Made by a program: the position numbers and the translations under genes. Of a stretch of 64,000 nucleotides of DNA, positions 16,878 through 27,033 are shown in pieces; within the stretch, counting starts at the first letter, position 1, and each line of letters begins with the position of its first letter. The notes beneath the pieces are model-generated. The model saw nothing but the letters and a program-made list of their open reading frames with translations. It was not told the DNA's origin and ran no database searches. The stretch is from an uncultured Pseudobdellovibrionaceae bacterium (GTDB taxonomy: Bacteria; Bdellovibrionota; Bdellovibrionia; Bdellovibrionales; UBA1609), in the NCBI GenBank assembly GCA_964628445.1, contig CAZVOP010000001.1, positions 27,355-91,354 of the forward strand, in the 5' to 3' direction.

Positions 16878-17820
16878 GCTCCTTCACTTTCATTGCCTGT
16901 GAGCGGAACAATCCGATCATCAAAGCCTTTTGCGCGTGCAGGCGGTTTTCCGATTGTTGAAAGATCGCCGAATTCGGATGCTCGACCATTTCCGCGGTGA
17001 TCTCTTGCTCCTTTATCATTGGGAGACAATGCATGACGATGGCGTTGGGGGCGGCATGTGAATACAGTTCACGATTGATCTGATAGCCGCTGAACGCCGC
17101 AAGGCGCACTTCATTTTCTTTTTCAAAACCCATGCTGGTCCATACGTCCGTGTATAGGACGTGCGCGCCACGCGCGGCAAGCTGCGGAGTTTTAAATTTG
17201 CGGATTTTCGCGCCCGTCTTCATGGCACGCAAACGGGCCCGCTGCAGAATATCTTCATCGGGTTGAAAACCCTCGGGACAGGCATAGTGCACGTCGACGC
17301 CTGCATAGGGCGCAAGCAGCAACAGCGAATGCAAAACATTGTTGCCGTCGCCGATATAGCACAGCTTCAACCCTTCCAGTTTTCCGAAGCGCTGATACAC
17401 GGTGAGCAAGTCGGCGATGGCTTGGCAGGGGTGATGAGAGTCCGAGAGTCCGTTGATCACCGGGATTGTCGCCTTGCTCACCATACGCTCTAAAGTTTCG
17501 TGCGCGAAGGTTCGGACCATCAGGCCGTGTACCATGCCTTGCAAAACGCGAATGCTGTCTTCGGGATCCTCGGTTTTCTTCTGCGAGCCGAGCAGTTCGA
17601 AAACATGGCCGCCTAATTCCTGTACGCCGACGGTAAAACTGACTCGCGTGCGTAAAGAAGGCTTGTCGAACATCAACGCCATCGTTTTGCCGTTTAAATA
17701 ATTGGTCACGGCCTCACCGCGGTGCTTACGCAGGTTTTCAGCGCCCTTGATCAAGGCCAGCAATTCGTTTTGCGAAAGCTCCTCACCGGTGAGGAAGTGC
17801 ATCGATTTAAATTGAAGCAT
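16855..17820 (-). CDS. argF: Ornithine carbamoyltransferase
   Basis: Motifs SLRTRVSF, DSHHPCQ, DVWTSMG and HCLP. Start could be the downstream Met (17802). Confidence 0.85.
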   Translation of the reverse strand: MLQFKSMHFLTGEELSQNELLALIKGAENLRKHRGEAVTNYLNGKTMALMFDKPSLRTRVSFTVGVQELGGHVFELLGSQKKTEDPEDSIRVLQGMVHGLMVRTFAHETLERMVSKATIPVINGLSDSHHPCQAIADLLTVYQRFGKLEGLKLCYIGDGNNVLHSLLLLAPYAGVDVHYACPEGFQPDEDILQRARLRAMKTGAKIRKFKTPQLAARGAHVLYTDVWTSMGFEKENEVRLAAFSGYQINRELYSHAAPNAIVMHCLPMIKEQEITAEMVEHPNSAIFQQSENRLHAQKALMIGLFRSQAMKVKELEYSHVI

Positions 17821-18640
17821 CTTCGAACACCTTCATTCTCGACGGCTCCACAAAAACCGGCGGCGCTGCGCACACCGTACCGATGGATTCGTCGTTAACC
17901 GCTTGCAGGGCATCGCCGCCGTTCATCACACGCACCAAAGGAATGCCGTGTTTGCGCGCATGCAAAATGGATCTCGCCTTGGTCATCATTCCGCCTTGGA
18001 TCGTACCGTCTTCGATAAGCGCCTGCAGTTCTACGGTCGAGATTTCCGAGATCAAATTTTTCTTGGCGTCCAAGATTCCCTTTTGATCGGTAAGAAAAAT
18101 CAACTGCTGAACGTTCAATGCGCCGGCCAAGCGGGTCGCCGCCCAGTCGGCGTTGATATTGAACGCTTCGCCGTTATGGCCGATGCCGATCGGGGCCATG
18201 ATTGGGATCGGCGCCGACGGTAAGCGCATCAGCACTTCAACCCAAGCGCAATTCACGGCTTGGATCTCCCCAACTTGGCCGAGTTCTTCGGAGGCCCGCG
18301 CGCACATCAAAGTGTGATTGTCGGTTCCCGAAAATCCCACCACGGGCAGTCCCGATCCACCCATATGGCGCACCAATTTGCGATTCACTTCGCCGCACAA
18401 AGTGGATTCGATGACGTCCATCATCGCGGGCGTGGTGACTCTTTGGCCGTCGATAAAATTCCAAGTCAGACCTTGGCGGGTCAAGGCCGCATTGATCGCG
18501 GGCCCGCCGCCGTGAACGACGATCACTTTGTGCCCGTTCCTGCGGAAACGCTGAATGCTTTGGGTTACCGTTTCCAGCACCGATTCGTCCTTGAGAGCGG
18601 CGCCGCCTAATTTGATCAGTACACGTTGTTGGTTGTTCAT
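17807..18640 (-). CDS. argB: Acetylglutamate kinase
   Basis: Motifs VLIKLGGAAL and VVHGGGP. ORF trimmed to ATG 18640, which overlaps the argJ stop (ATGA). Confidence 0.85.
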   Translation of the reverse strand: MNNQQRVLIKLGGAALKDESVLETVTQSIQRFRRNGHKVIVVHGGGPAINAALTRQGLTWNFIDGQRVTTPAMMDVIESTLCGEVNRKLVRHMGGSGLPVVGFSGTDNHTLMCARASEELGQVGEIQAVNCAWVEVLMRLPSAPIPIMAPIGIGHNGEAFNINADWAATRLAGALNVQQLIFLTDQKGILDAKKNLISEISTVELQALIEDGTIQGGMMTKARSILHARKHGIPLVRVMNGGDALQAVNDESIGTVCAAPPVFVEPSRMKVFEDASI

Positions 18641-19836
18641 GAGTACTCCGTATTGATGTCGACGTATTTCCTTGAGAGATCGCAGCCCCATGCTGTCGCA
18701 CTCTCCACACCGGACTTCAAATCGATTTCGATCTTCACTCTGTTTTGTTTTAGCTTCTGCCTGACTTCATCGCGGTCAAACTTTAGGGGTGCCCCGTTGT
18801 CGAACAGCAAAACGCCTTGCAGCTTGAGCGACATTTTCGCCAGACATGCCGCCGGCACTTGTTCTTGGCCAAGACGAGAGAGGATCCGGCCCCAGTTGGG
18901 ATCTTCACCGTGCATCGCGGTCTTAATCAACGGGCTCATGGTCACGCCGCGCGCGGCCCGTCTGGCCAAGGTCAAAGCGGGGCTTCCGGTCAGCGAAACT
19001 TCCAACAGCTTGGTTGCACCTTCCCCGTCGGCGGCGATGGCTTGCGCGAGCACTTGCGCCACTTGGGTTAACGCTTCTTTAAATGTTTGATAATCGTCGT
19101 CGCTCACCAACTCGACACCGGCCGCGCCACTGGCCATCAAGAACGCACAATCGTTGGTCGATGAATCGCCGTCGACGCTGATCATGTTGAAGCTGACGTC
19201 GGTGGCTTTTGTGATCAATTCTTGCGCGACGCCGGGGGTAAGCTTGAGATCGGTGAGCAAATAGCCGAGCATCGTTGCCATATTGGGATGGATCATGCCC
19301 GAGCCCTTGCAGATGCCGGTGATGCGAACGCTTCCTTGCGACAGTTTCACTTCCGTCGAGACGGTTTTGGGAACTAAGTCGGTGGTGAGAATCGCGGTCG
19401 CGAAACTTTCCGCCACGTCGGTTTGCGCCCTTTGCACAAGATCGGGAATTGCGGGCAAGATCTTTTCAACGTCAAGATGCACGCCGATCACGCCGGTGCT
19501 CGCGACCAAAACTTGGCTCATGTCGACGCCGAGTTCTTTGGCCACGGCATGGACCATGAGATTGTTGTTCTCAATCCCGAGCGCTCCGGTCGCGGCGTTG
19601 GCTTGGCCGGAATTGGTGACGATCGCGCGCACCTTATCGCTTGGCAAATGATGGCGCGAGTGCATGACCGGCGCGGCCTTGGCTTCGTTCAATGTGAAAA
19701 CGCCGGCGGCGACGCAATCCTTCTCGGTAAAAATAAGGCCGAGGTCGGGACGGTATCTGCGCACGCCGCAGTTCACGCCGCTTGCGAAAAATCCCAAAGG
19801 CAAAGGAGTCCTATTGAGTCCTGGTCCGGGTGCCAT
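18637..19836 (-). CDS. argJ: Bifunctional ornithine acetyltransferase / N-acetylglutamate synthase
   Basis: Autoprocessing motif HPNMATMLGYLLTD. Full-length ArgJ collinearity. Confidence 0.85.
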   Translation of the reverse strand: MAPGPGLNRTPLPLGFFASGVNCGVRRYRPDLGLIFTEKDCVAAGVFTLNEAKAAPVMHSRHHLPSDKVRAIVTNSGQANAATGALGIENNNLMVHAVAKELGVDMSQVLVASTGVIGVHLDVEKILPAIPDLVQRAQTDVAESFATAILTTDLVPKTVSTEVKLSQGSVRITGICKGSGMIHPNMATMLGYLLTDLKLTPGVAQELITKATDVSFNMISVDGDSSTNDCAFLMASGAAGVELVSDDDYQTFKEALTQVAQVLAQAIAADGEGATKLLEVSLTGSPALTLARRAARGVTMSPLIKTAMHGEDPNWGRILSRLGQEQVPAACLAKMSLKLQGVLLFDNGAPLKFDRDEVRQKLKQNRVKIEIDLKSGVESATAWGCDLSRKYVDINTEYS

Positions 19837-19841
19837 CTTGG

Positions 19842-20912
19842 TTACCCTTTCTCGTCTGTTGTCAGACTGAAGCTCGCGGGCAGATCCAGCATGCGGTTTA
19901 AATTCTCCACCGCTTGGCTGGCCGCCCCCTTGAGCAGGTTATCAATGACGCTGAACACGTAGAGCTTGTTCCCCACGAGTTCATAAGAGATGTGAGTGAA
20001 AGGCGTGTTCACCACACCGGTGAGGCGAGCGTATTTGCTCGCGTCACGGCCGTGGCGGACCAAGGGATAGTTTTTATATTCTTTCGTGAAGGCGTTTTCG
20101 ATCTGGTCAAGCGACGTCGCCGTCGACGTGGCAAAGATAGCCACTTCGATGCCGCGCTTGATGGGCAACAAATGAGTCACGAAATGCGGATCAACGACGG
20201 CGCCGCTGGCCGCTTCCACCGCTTCGATAATTTCGGGAAGGTGTTGATGCTTGCCCACTTTATAGGGGGGGCAATCGCCGTCGACTTCCGAAAAGAGCAA
20301 ATTCTCATTCGCTCTTTTGCCCGCGCCGGTCGTGCCCGATTTTGCATCGATGGCGATATTTTTGGGGTCGATCAAATTGTTTTTCAATAAAGGAATCAGC
20401 GCGAGGCTTATGGCCGTCGCGTAACAACCGGGGTTCGCGATGAGTCGCGTCGAACGGCTCAGCGGACCGCAAAACGGGACCAATCCGTACTCGGCTTCGG
20501 CTGCATATTGGGGCGCGGTTTGCATAAAACCGTACCACCGATTCATATCGTTTTTCTTTAACCTGAAAGCCCCGGAAAGATCGATGACCTTTTTGCCCGC
20601 CGCCAAAATTTGCGGTGCGAGCTTCATAGAAACTTCCGCCGGCGTGGCCAGGAAAACAACGTCGGTCAAATTTGTCATCAAGGCAGATTCCGCCAAACAC
20701 TGAACGGCAGCGGCTTTGCGCTCAAATGTAAAATCCGAAAGCTTGAATTCTTGCGTGGCGAAACAATGCGTAAGGTTCACGCTCGGGTGCTTTATCAACA
20801 GCTGCGCCAGCTCCATGCCGCTGTAACCGCGTGCTCCAACGATGGAAACGGAAGGGGTATCAGTTGGCGAACTGTTCGAATAATTATGCACCATATATGC
20901 ATATTTAGGCAT
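19842..20912 (-). CDS. argC: N-acetyl-gamma-glutamyl-phosphate reductase
   Basis: Rossmann N-terminus VSIVGARGYSG. Catalytic ANPGCYAT. Confidence 0.85.
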   Translation of the reverse strand: MPKYAYMVHNYSNSSPTDTPSVSIVGARGYSGMELAQLLIKHPSVNLTHCFATQEFKLSDFTFERKAAAVQCLAESALMTNLTDVVFLATPAEVSMKLAPQILAAGKKVIDLSGAFRLKKNDMNRWYGFMQTAPQYAAEAEYGLVPFCGPLSRSTRLIANPGCYATAISLALIPLLKNNLIDPKNIAIDAKSGTTGAGKRANENLLFSEVDGDCPPYKVGKHQHLPEIIEAVEAASGAVVDPHFVTHLLPIKRGIEVAIFATSTATSLDQIENAFTKEYKNYPLVRHGRDASKYARLTGVVNTPFTHISYELVGNKLYVFSVIDNLLKGAASQAVENLNRMLDLPASFSLTTDEKG

Positions 20913-20939
20913 GCCTCCTTACATGTCAATAATAATTTG

Positions 20940-20977
20940 ACTGCATAATTATTCCCATGCATGAATCGAAGAATCAC
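20940..20977. promoter_or_regulatory. Candidate tandem ARG boxes (ArgR operator) in the argC/argG divergent region
   Basis: TGCAT-AATT-ATTCC (20942-20955) matches TGAAT-wwww-ATTCA at 8/10 conserved positions. A second, weaker box TGAAT-cgaag-AATCA starts 20 bp later (20962-20976). Confidence 0.35.
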
Positions 20978-20988
20978 TGGAGGGGAAC

Positions 20989-22212
20989 TTGAAAGACCAA
21001 AAAGCACAAAACGATAAAGTGTTGCTCGTGTACAGCGGAGGCTTGGACACTTCCGTTTGCATTCCGCTGATGCGCGAAGAGTATGGCTACAAAGAAGTGA
21101 TCACGGTCACGGTCGACGTTGGTCAAGAAACGAGCGACATCGCTCAAGCCGAAGAAAAAGCAAAAATATTAAAGACCACGCACTTCACGGTCGACGCCAA
21201 AGAAGAATTTGTCGAGAAATTCTGCTGGCCGTCGGTCCAAGCCAACGGCGATTACCAAGGCTATCCGATGTCGACTTCGATCGCGCGTCCGCTGATCGCG
21301 GCGAAAGCGGTTGAGGTCGCGCAAAAACTGGGCGTAACCTCGTTCGCGCACGGCTGCACCGGCAAAGGCAACGATCAATATAGAATTGAATTCGGAATTC
21401 GCTCGCTGATGCCCGAAGCCACGATTCACGCGCCCGTCCGCGAGCGCAACATGACCCGCAGTTGGGAAATCGAATACGCGAAGGCGAAGAACATCCCGGT
21501 TCAGCAATCGATCACCAAGATTTGGTCCATCGATGAAAATCTTTGGGGCCGGTCCATCGAGGGCGGCCGTTTGGAAGAGCCCGACTTCGCTCCGCCCGAA
21601 GAGATTTTCCAATGGACGAAGTCCATCGATCAGACCGCGGCCAGCGCGGATACGGTCACGATCCGGTTTAAAAACGGCGTGCCGGTGGCCTTGAACGACA
21701 AAACCGCTTCGCCGGCCTCGCTCGTGATTCAACTGAATGCCTTGGCCGGTAAGCATGGCATCGGCCGCGTGGACATTATGGAAGACCGCATGATGGGACT
21801 TAAAGTTCGCGAGAACTACGAGTGCCCCGGGTCGACCGTATTTTTGAAAGCGCACAAAGCGCTCGAAAATTTAGTTCTTACGCGCGATGAAATCCGTTTC
21901 AAATCTTTGGTGGATCAAGAGTGGTCGAAACTCGCTTACGAGGGTTTGTGGTGGGATCCCTATAAAGAAGATCTCGAGGCCTTTATCCAGTCGACGCAAA
22001 AGCGCGTGACCGGCGACGTAAATTTGAAACTTTATAAAGGCCAAGTGACGGTGACGGGACGCAAATCGACTTGGGCTTTGTACTCGGAAGATCTCGCCTC
22101 GTTCGACACGACCACATTCGATCAGCGTGAGAGTACCGGCTCGGTAAAAAATTTCGGTATGCAGGCGCGCATGTTCGGCCAGCTGCTTAAAAAGCATCAG
22201 AAGGATTTGTAA
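20989..22212 (+). CDS. argG: Argininosuccinate synthase
   Basis: VYSGGLDTS ATP-pyrophosphatase motif. TTG start preceded by GGAGGGG. Confidence 0.9.
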   Translation: MKDQKAQNDKVLLVYSGGLDTSVCIPLMREEYGYKEVITVTVDVGQETSDIAQAEEKAKILKTTHFTVDAKEEFVEKFCWPSVQANGDYQGYPMSTSIARPLIAAKAVEVAQKLGVTSFAHGCTGKGNDQYRIEFGIRSLMPEATIHAPVRERNMTRSWEIEYAKAKNIPVQQSITKIWSIDENLWGRSIEGGRLEEPDFAPPEEIFQWTKSIDQTAASADTVTIRFKNGVPVALNDKTASPASLVIQLNALAGKHGIGRVDIMEDRMMGLKVRENYECPGSTVFLKAHKALENLVLTRDEIRFKSLVDQEWSKLAYEGLWWDPYKEDLEAFIQSTQKRVTGDVNLKLYKGQVTVTGRKSTWALYSEDLASFDTTTFDQRESTGSVKNFGMQARMFGQLLKKHQKDL

Positions 22213-22214
22213 CC

Positions 22215-23591
22215 ATGGCACTTTGGGGCGGCCGCTTTGAGAAAGAAACCGATGACGCCGTGAAGGCCTTTTCTTCATCGATTGCGACCGACTCCCAGTT
22301 ATGGGCCACGGATATTCGTGGCTCCATGGCCCATGCGAGCATGCTTTTTAAGCGGGGCATTTTAAAAAAAGAAGATAATGAGGCCATCCAGCGCGGGCTG
22401 CACGCCATCTTTGAGGAAATCAAAAGCGGCGCTTGGACCTTTGATCCCGAAGCCGAAGACGTGCATGGCGAGATCGAGCAGCGTTTGTTCGAGAAGATCG
22501 GCGATGCGGCTAAGCGCATGCACACCGCAAGATCGAGAAACGATCAGGTGGGGACCAGCACTCGGCTGTTCACAGCCGAGCAACTCCAGAGTTTAAAGAT
22601 CGAACTGAAAGACCTGCAAAAGGAATTATTCCGGCAAGCCGAAAAGCACACACAAACTATTTTGCCGGGCATGACTCATCTGCAACATGCACAGCCGGTT
22701 TCACTCGCTCATCATTTGCTGGCGTATTTTTGGATGTTTCAAAGAGACGTCGAACGCATCGAACAGAGTTTACCGCGCGTTTTGTCGCTGCCGTTGGGAT
22801 CCGCCGCCTTAGCGGGAACGGGTTTTCCTATCGATCGCGAAGCGACCAAAGCCGAACTCGGCTTTCATAAAGTGAGCGAAAATTCCTTGGACGCGGTTTC
22901 CGACCGCGATTATGTCATCGAATTTTTATCCGACGCCTCCATGATCATGATGCACCTTTCGCGTTTCGCCGAAGAATTGATTTTATGGAGCACGCCGGAA
23001 TTCGGCTTCGTCGAATTGGGTGATGAGGTCACCACCGGCTCATCCATCATGCCGCAGAAAAAAAATCCCGACGTCGCCGAACTGATCCGCGGCCGGGTCG
23101 GCCGCGTGTACGGCGCACTGATGGGGGCGCTTACGATGATGAAGGGGCTGCCGCTCTCCTACAACCGCGACATGCAAGAGGACAAAATCCATTTATTCGA
23201 AGGCTTGCGGACCACGCGTTCATGTGTGCGCTTGATGAACTTGATGTTGACCAAGGCGAATTGGCAAACACCGCGGATGGAAGCGGCCTTAAAGGGCGAT
23301 TTCTCCAACGCGACGGATGTGGCCGACGATCTCGTGGAAAAAGGCCTCCCGTTTCGCGAGGCGCATGAGGTGGTGGGGCATTTGGTTCAGTGGTGCATTA
23401 AGAATAAAAAGCATCTTGAGGACCTGTCGGTCGCGGAGTTGAAGAAGCAGCATCCTTTGCTCGATGAGCGGACTCGCCAGAAGCTTCCGCACCGGGCGGT
23501 GATGGAGGCGCGTAAATCCGCGGGTGGCGCTTCGCCGGAGGCTGTTCGTGTTCAGCTGAGCCAAGCTGAAGCAGCGTTGGCCCATTTTTAA
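22215..23591 (+). CDS. argH: Argininosuccinate lyase
   Basis: Fumarate-lyase signature GSSIMPQKKNPD. N-terminal LWGGRF. Confidence 0.9.
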   Translation: MALWGGRFEKETDDAVKAFSSSIATDSQLWATDIRGSMAHASMLFKRGILKKEDNEAIQRGLHAIFEEIKSGAWTFDPEAEDVHGEIEQRLFEKIGDAAKRMHTARSRNDQVGTSTRLFTAEQLQSLKIELKDLQKELFRQAEKHTQTILPGMTHLQHAQPVSLAHHLLAYFWMFQRDVERIEQSLPRVLSLPLGSAALAGTGFPIDREATKAELGFHKVSENSLDAVSDRDYVIEFLSDASMIMMHLSRFAEELILWSTPEFGFVELGDEVTTGSSIMPQKKNPDVAELIRGRVGRVYGALMGALTMMKGLPLSYNRDMQEDKIHLFEGLRTTRSCVRLMNLMLTKANWQTPRMEAALKGDFSNATDVADDLVEKGLPFREAHEVVGHLVQWCIKNKKHLEDLSVAELKKQHPLLDERTRQKLPHRAVMEARKSAGGASPEAVRVQLSQAEAALAHF

Positions 23592-23797
23592 TTAGTCATA
23601 TTATTTCATGCACTTAACGCAGGGTTTCGATCCCAGCATAGAGTCGCTGCGTTAACTTCCGTGTGCTGGCTCCGAAGATGGTGCACCACTTGAAATATAT
23701 AAATTTAATTTACGTGCCCATTGCTCAAACCACATCTTCTCTTCAAAACCCACCGCCCACGCTTGCAAAACCGGCGTCCGATCTCTAAAGTACCGCC

Positions 23798-25429
23798 ATG
23801 ATCAACATCGCTAACGTCTCCAAGCACTACGGCAACAAAGTGCTCTACAAAAACGCGTCCTTTCAGCTCAACCCCGGCGAAAAAGCCGGCCTGGTGGGCC
23901 CCAATGGCGCCGGCAAAACCACCATCTTTCGCATCATCACCGGTGAAGAGGGTTGCGATGAGGGACAAGTCGCCAAGCCCGAGAAAACCGTCATCGGATA
24001 TTTTTCGCAGAATATCGAAGCGATGAAAGGCATGAGCGTTCTTGATGAAGTGAAGAGCGCCGCGGGCCCGTTGGTCGACATTCAAAAGAAATTGTTGGTG
24101 CTCGAGCAAAAGTTGGCCGAACCGATGGATGACGATGTCATGGCGAAAGTGCTCGAAGAGTACGGCGAATTGCAAGGCGACTTTGAGCGCCTCGGCGGCT
24201 ATGACCTCGACGCCCGCGCGGCTGAAATTATCACGGGCCTTGGCTTTCATCCCGACGATCATCAGCGCGATACCGGAACGTTCAGCGGCGGTTGGAAGAT
24301 GCGCATCGCACTTGCCAAAATTTTAATTTTAAATCCCGACGTTTTGCTGATGGATGAGCCGACCAATCACTTGGATTTGGAAAGCATCGTGTGGCTGGAG
24401 AGCTGGCTTGCCAATTACAAGGGCGCGCTCCTGATGACGTCTCATGATCGCGATTTTATGAACCGTTTGGTCGGCAAAATCGTCGAGGTGGCCAACAAGC
24501 AGATCACGGTTTACGGCGGAAATTACGATTTCTATGAGCGCGAAAAAGAAGTTCGCAAAGACCAATTGATCGCCGCGGCCAAACGCCAAGACGACATGCT
24601 GGCCAAGGAAGAGGAATTCATCGCCCGCTTCGCCGCGCGCGCGTCGCATGCGGCACAGGTGCAATCGCGAGTGAAGAAGCTCGACAAGATCGACCGTATT
24701 GAAATTCCTCCGGATGAAAAGGCCATTCACTTCGAGTGGCCGGTCCCCCCGCGCGGCGGCGATGAAGTCGTGAAGCTCGAAAATTTAAGTAAGACCTGGG
24801 AGACATCCGATGGCCGTAAGGTTGATGTTTTTCAAGGTGCCAATGCGCTTGTAAAACGCTTGGACCGTGTGGCGGTCGTCGGCGTGAACGGAGCCGGTAA
24901 ATCCACCTTATTAAAAATCATCAGCGGGCAAACGGATGCGACGAGCGGCAAAGCGATCGTCGGCGCCAGCGTCGATGTCGGTTACTTCAGCCAGAACTCA
25001 CTCGACGTATTGGACCCCAAAAGCACGGTGCTTGAAGAAGTGCATTCGCGCATTCCCACAGAGTCGATCGGCTTCGTGCGCAATCTTTTGGGCGCCTTCA
25101 AATTTTCGGGCGACGAGGTCGACAAAAGAATTTCCATTCTTTCGGGTGGAGAAAAAAGCCGCGTGGTTTTGGCGACCATTCTGTGTAAGCCGGTCAATTT
25201 ATTGATTTTAGATGAGCCGACGAACCATTTGGACATTCAATCGCGCGAAGTCTTGCTTGAGGCAGTGACCAATTTCCCAGGCACAGTCATGATCGTAAGC
25301 CACGATCGCCATTTTTTACGTAAAATGACGACCCGGGTATTCCGCCTGGATCGCCATGAGCTGACGGTCTATGACGGCACGTGGGATTACTATTTACAAA
25401 AAACCCACGCGCTCGATCCGCACACCTAA
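23798..25429 (+). CDS. ABC-F family ATPase (two ABC cassettes, no TM domain)
   Basis: Two Walker A motifs (GPNGAGKTT, GVNGAGKST). Two signature motifs (FSGGWKMR, LSGGEKSR). Charged inter-domain linker. Confidence 0.85.
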   Translation: MINIANVSKHYGNKVLYKNASFQLNPGEKAGLVGPNGAGKTTIFRIITGEEGCDEGQVAKPEKTVIGYFSQNIEAMKGMSVLDEVKSAAGPLVDIQKKLLVLEQKLAEPMDDDVMAKVLEEYGELQGDFERLGGYDLDARAAEIITGLGFHPDDHQRDTGTFSGGWKMRIALAKILILNPDVLLMDEPTNHLDLESIVWLESWLANYKGALLMTSHDRDFMNRLVGKIVEVANKQITVYGGNYDFYEREKEVRKDQLIAAAKRQDDMLAKEEEFIARFAARASHAAQVQSRVKKLDKIDRIEIPPDEKAIHFEWPVPPRGGDEVVKLENLSKTWETSDGRKVDVFQGANALVKRLDRVAVVGVNGAGKSTLLKIISGQTDATSGKAIVGASVDVGYFSQNSLDVLDPKSTVLEEVHSRIPTESIGFVRNLLGAFKFSGDEVDKRISILSGGEKSRVVLATILCKPVNLLILDEPTNHLDIQSREVLLEAVTNFPGTVMIVSHDRHFLRKMTTRVFRLDRHELTVYDGTWDYYLQKTHALDPHT

Positions 25430-25822
25430 CTAGTTCATCAGCGTTTTGAGCTTGTACGTCGCTTTGCTGGTACAAACTTTTTGGCCGACTTCGCCTCCGC
25501 ACGAGGCGGATCCGCAGTTGGTGTTCAGAACTTTGTTCTCTTTGTCGTCTTTGTATTGCTCGCGGAATTCCTTCTTCCACTCGCTGCATTTCTTCACCCA
25601 TTCGGCCTTCGCTTCTTTGGCGGTGGCCGCGCTGTCACCTTCGACGTCGGCGGTGCCGTCTTGCACTTCCCAGCGTTTTTCGTTGGTGATGGCCTTTTTG
25701 TTTTTGGTGATTTCAATGGTCGTCGAGCCTTCTTGGCTGGCATCGATGTCTTTCACTTGCGCGGTTTGCGCATAAGCGGAGCCCGATAAAACCAACGCAA
25801 AAATCAAAGTGATCGTTTTCAT
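25430..25822 (-). CDS. Small secreted Lys/Glu-rich protein with 4 Cys, unknown function
   Basis: Signal peptide MKTITLIFALVLSGSAYA. Its stop abuts the stop of the convergent ABC-F gene. Confidence 0.5.
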   Translation of the reverse strand: MKTITLIFALVLSGSAYAQTAQVKDIDASQEGSTTIEITKNKKAITNEKRWEVQDGTADVEGDSAATAKEAKAEWVKKCSEWKKEFREQYKDDKENKVLNTNCGSASCGGEVGQKVCTSKATYKLKTLMN

Positions 25823-25938
25823 TCCCGTTCCTCCCGGTGGATTGAGGCCGTATCATCCCTGGTGGCCGCCGATTTCTCAAGCGCCCGATCGATGGGAATT
25901 CGCGTCACGCATTCAGATCTGTTATATTGGGCGAGTTT

Positions 25939-27033
25939 ATGAAGGAATTCCGCAAGAACATCACCGGACGCGGCACAAACGGCAACACCGTCAATCGCTT
26001 TGATTCTCAACATCTCGTGCTGGAACCCTTCGACGGCGAAGAATACCAGGAGGGTGAAAAGCCATTGCTGCGCACGGAATTTTTGCGTGATGCTTCAAAA
26101 TCCATCGTCAGCGAAAATGACAGCCCGGATATTCCATTTACCTATTCCATCAACCCTTACCGCGGATGCGAGCATGGCTGTGCTTATTGTTATGCGCGAC
26201 CGACGCATGAATATCTTGGTCATTCGGCGGGTCTTGATTTTGAGTCGAAGATTTACGTCAAACAGGAAGCCGCGAAGCTTTTGCGCGATAAATTGATGTC
26301 GCGTTCGTGGAAGGGCGAGCAAATCACGATTAGCGGCAATACCGATTGTTATCAGCCGATCGAGCGGCGTCTCCAAATCACGCGCGGATGCCTTGAGGTT
26401 ATGCGGCAATTTCGCAATCCCGTCAGCATGATCACCAAGAACGCGCTCATCACTCGCGATCTGGACATCTTGAGTGAGATGGCCAAGTGGGACGGTGCCA
26501 TGATTTTTATTTCAGTGACCACGCTCGACAATGATTTGTGCGCAGTTTTGGAGCCGCGCACTTCGCGTCCGCAAGCGCGACTGGCGGCGATTCGCCAACT
26601 GACGGACGCCGGGATTCCAGTCGGCGTGAACGTCGCGCCGGTGATTCCTGGACTGACCGATCATGAGATGCCTTCGATTATGAAGGCTGCAGCGGAAGCC
26701 GGGGCCGTCATGGCTGGATACACGGCCGTTCGCTTGCCGCTTGCGGTAACACCCTTGTTCACCGCTTGGCTTGAGGAGCATCGCCCTTTGCGTAAGCAGA
26801 AGGTGCTCGAAAATATCCGCAATATGCGCGAGGGTAAAACCAACGACGCCCATTTCGGCTCGCGTATGCGCGGTAAGGGCGCCATCGCTGAAAACATGCG
26901 TCAGATGTTTCAGATTTCCTTACGTAAAAACGGCCTCAATAAGAAAAGGATTGAGCTGGACTCCTCTCACTTCCGCCGGCCAGGAGATCAGCTTGATTTG
27001 CTCGATCTTCTGGATGACAAAGGAGACCTATGA
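25939..27033 (+). CDS. Radical SAM protein (SplB/COG1533-like, PA0069-type)
   Basis: CEHGCAYCYA (CxxxCxxC). N-terminal GRGTNGNTVNRF. ATG at 25939 preferred over the upstream TTG at 25927. Confidence 0.65.
   Translation: MKEFRKNITGRGTNGNTVNRFDSQHLVLEPFDGEEYQEGEKPLLRTEFLRDASKSIVSENDSPDIPFTYSINPYRGCEHGCAYCYARPTHEYLGHSAGLDFESKIYVKQEAAKLLRDKLMSRSWKGEQITISGNTDCYQPIERRLQITRGCLEVMRQFRNPVSMITKNALITRDLDILSEMAKWDGAMIFISVTTLDNDLCAVLEPRTSRPQARLAAIRQLTDAGIPVGVNVAPVIPGLTDHEMPSIMKAAAEAGAVMAGYTAVRLPLAVTPLFTAWLEEHRPLRKQKVLENIRNMREGKTNDAHFGSRMRGKGAIAENMRQMFQISLRKNGLNKKRIELDSSHFRRPGDQLDLLDLLDDKGDL

Noticed and set aside
23614-23654. A tRNA-like fragment (GGTTTCGATCCC resembling a T-arm) inside a 9-bp inverted repeat, TTAACGCAG...CTGCGTTAA, downstream of argH
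   Set aside because: The putative T-stem pairs over only 3-4 bp. I cannot build a D-arm, anticodon arm or acceptor stem, and no integrase or direct repeat is nearby. It is at most a weak hairpin without a U-tract.
23705-24262. Long antisense or overlapping ORFs throughout the track (for example 23705-24262, 41700-42371, 4299-4838, 19423-19962, 5373-5876, 15685-16071)
   Set aside because: Each lies wholly within, and opposite or out of frame to, a gene with clear family motifs. Their translations are Arg/Gly/Pro-rich, low-complexity shadows typical of moderately GC-rich DNA.
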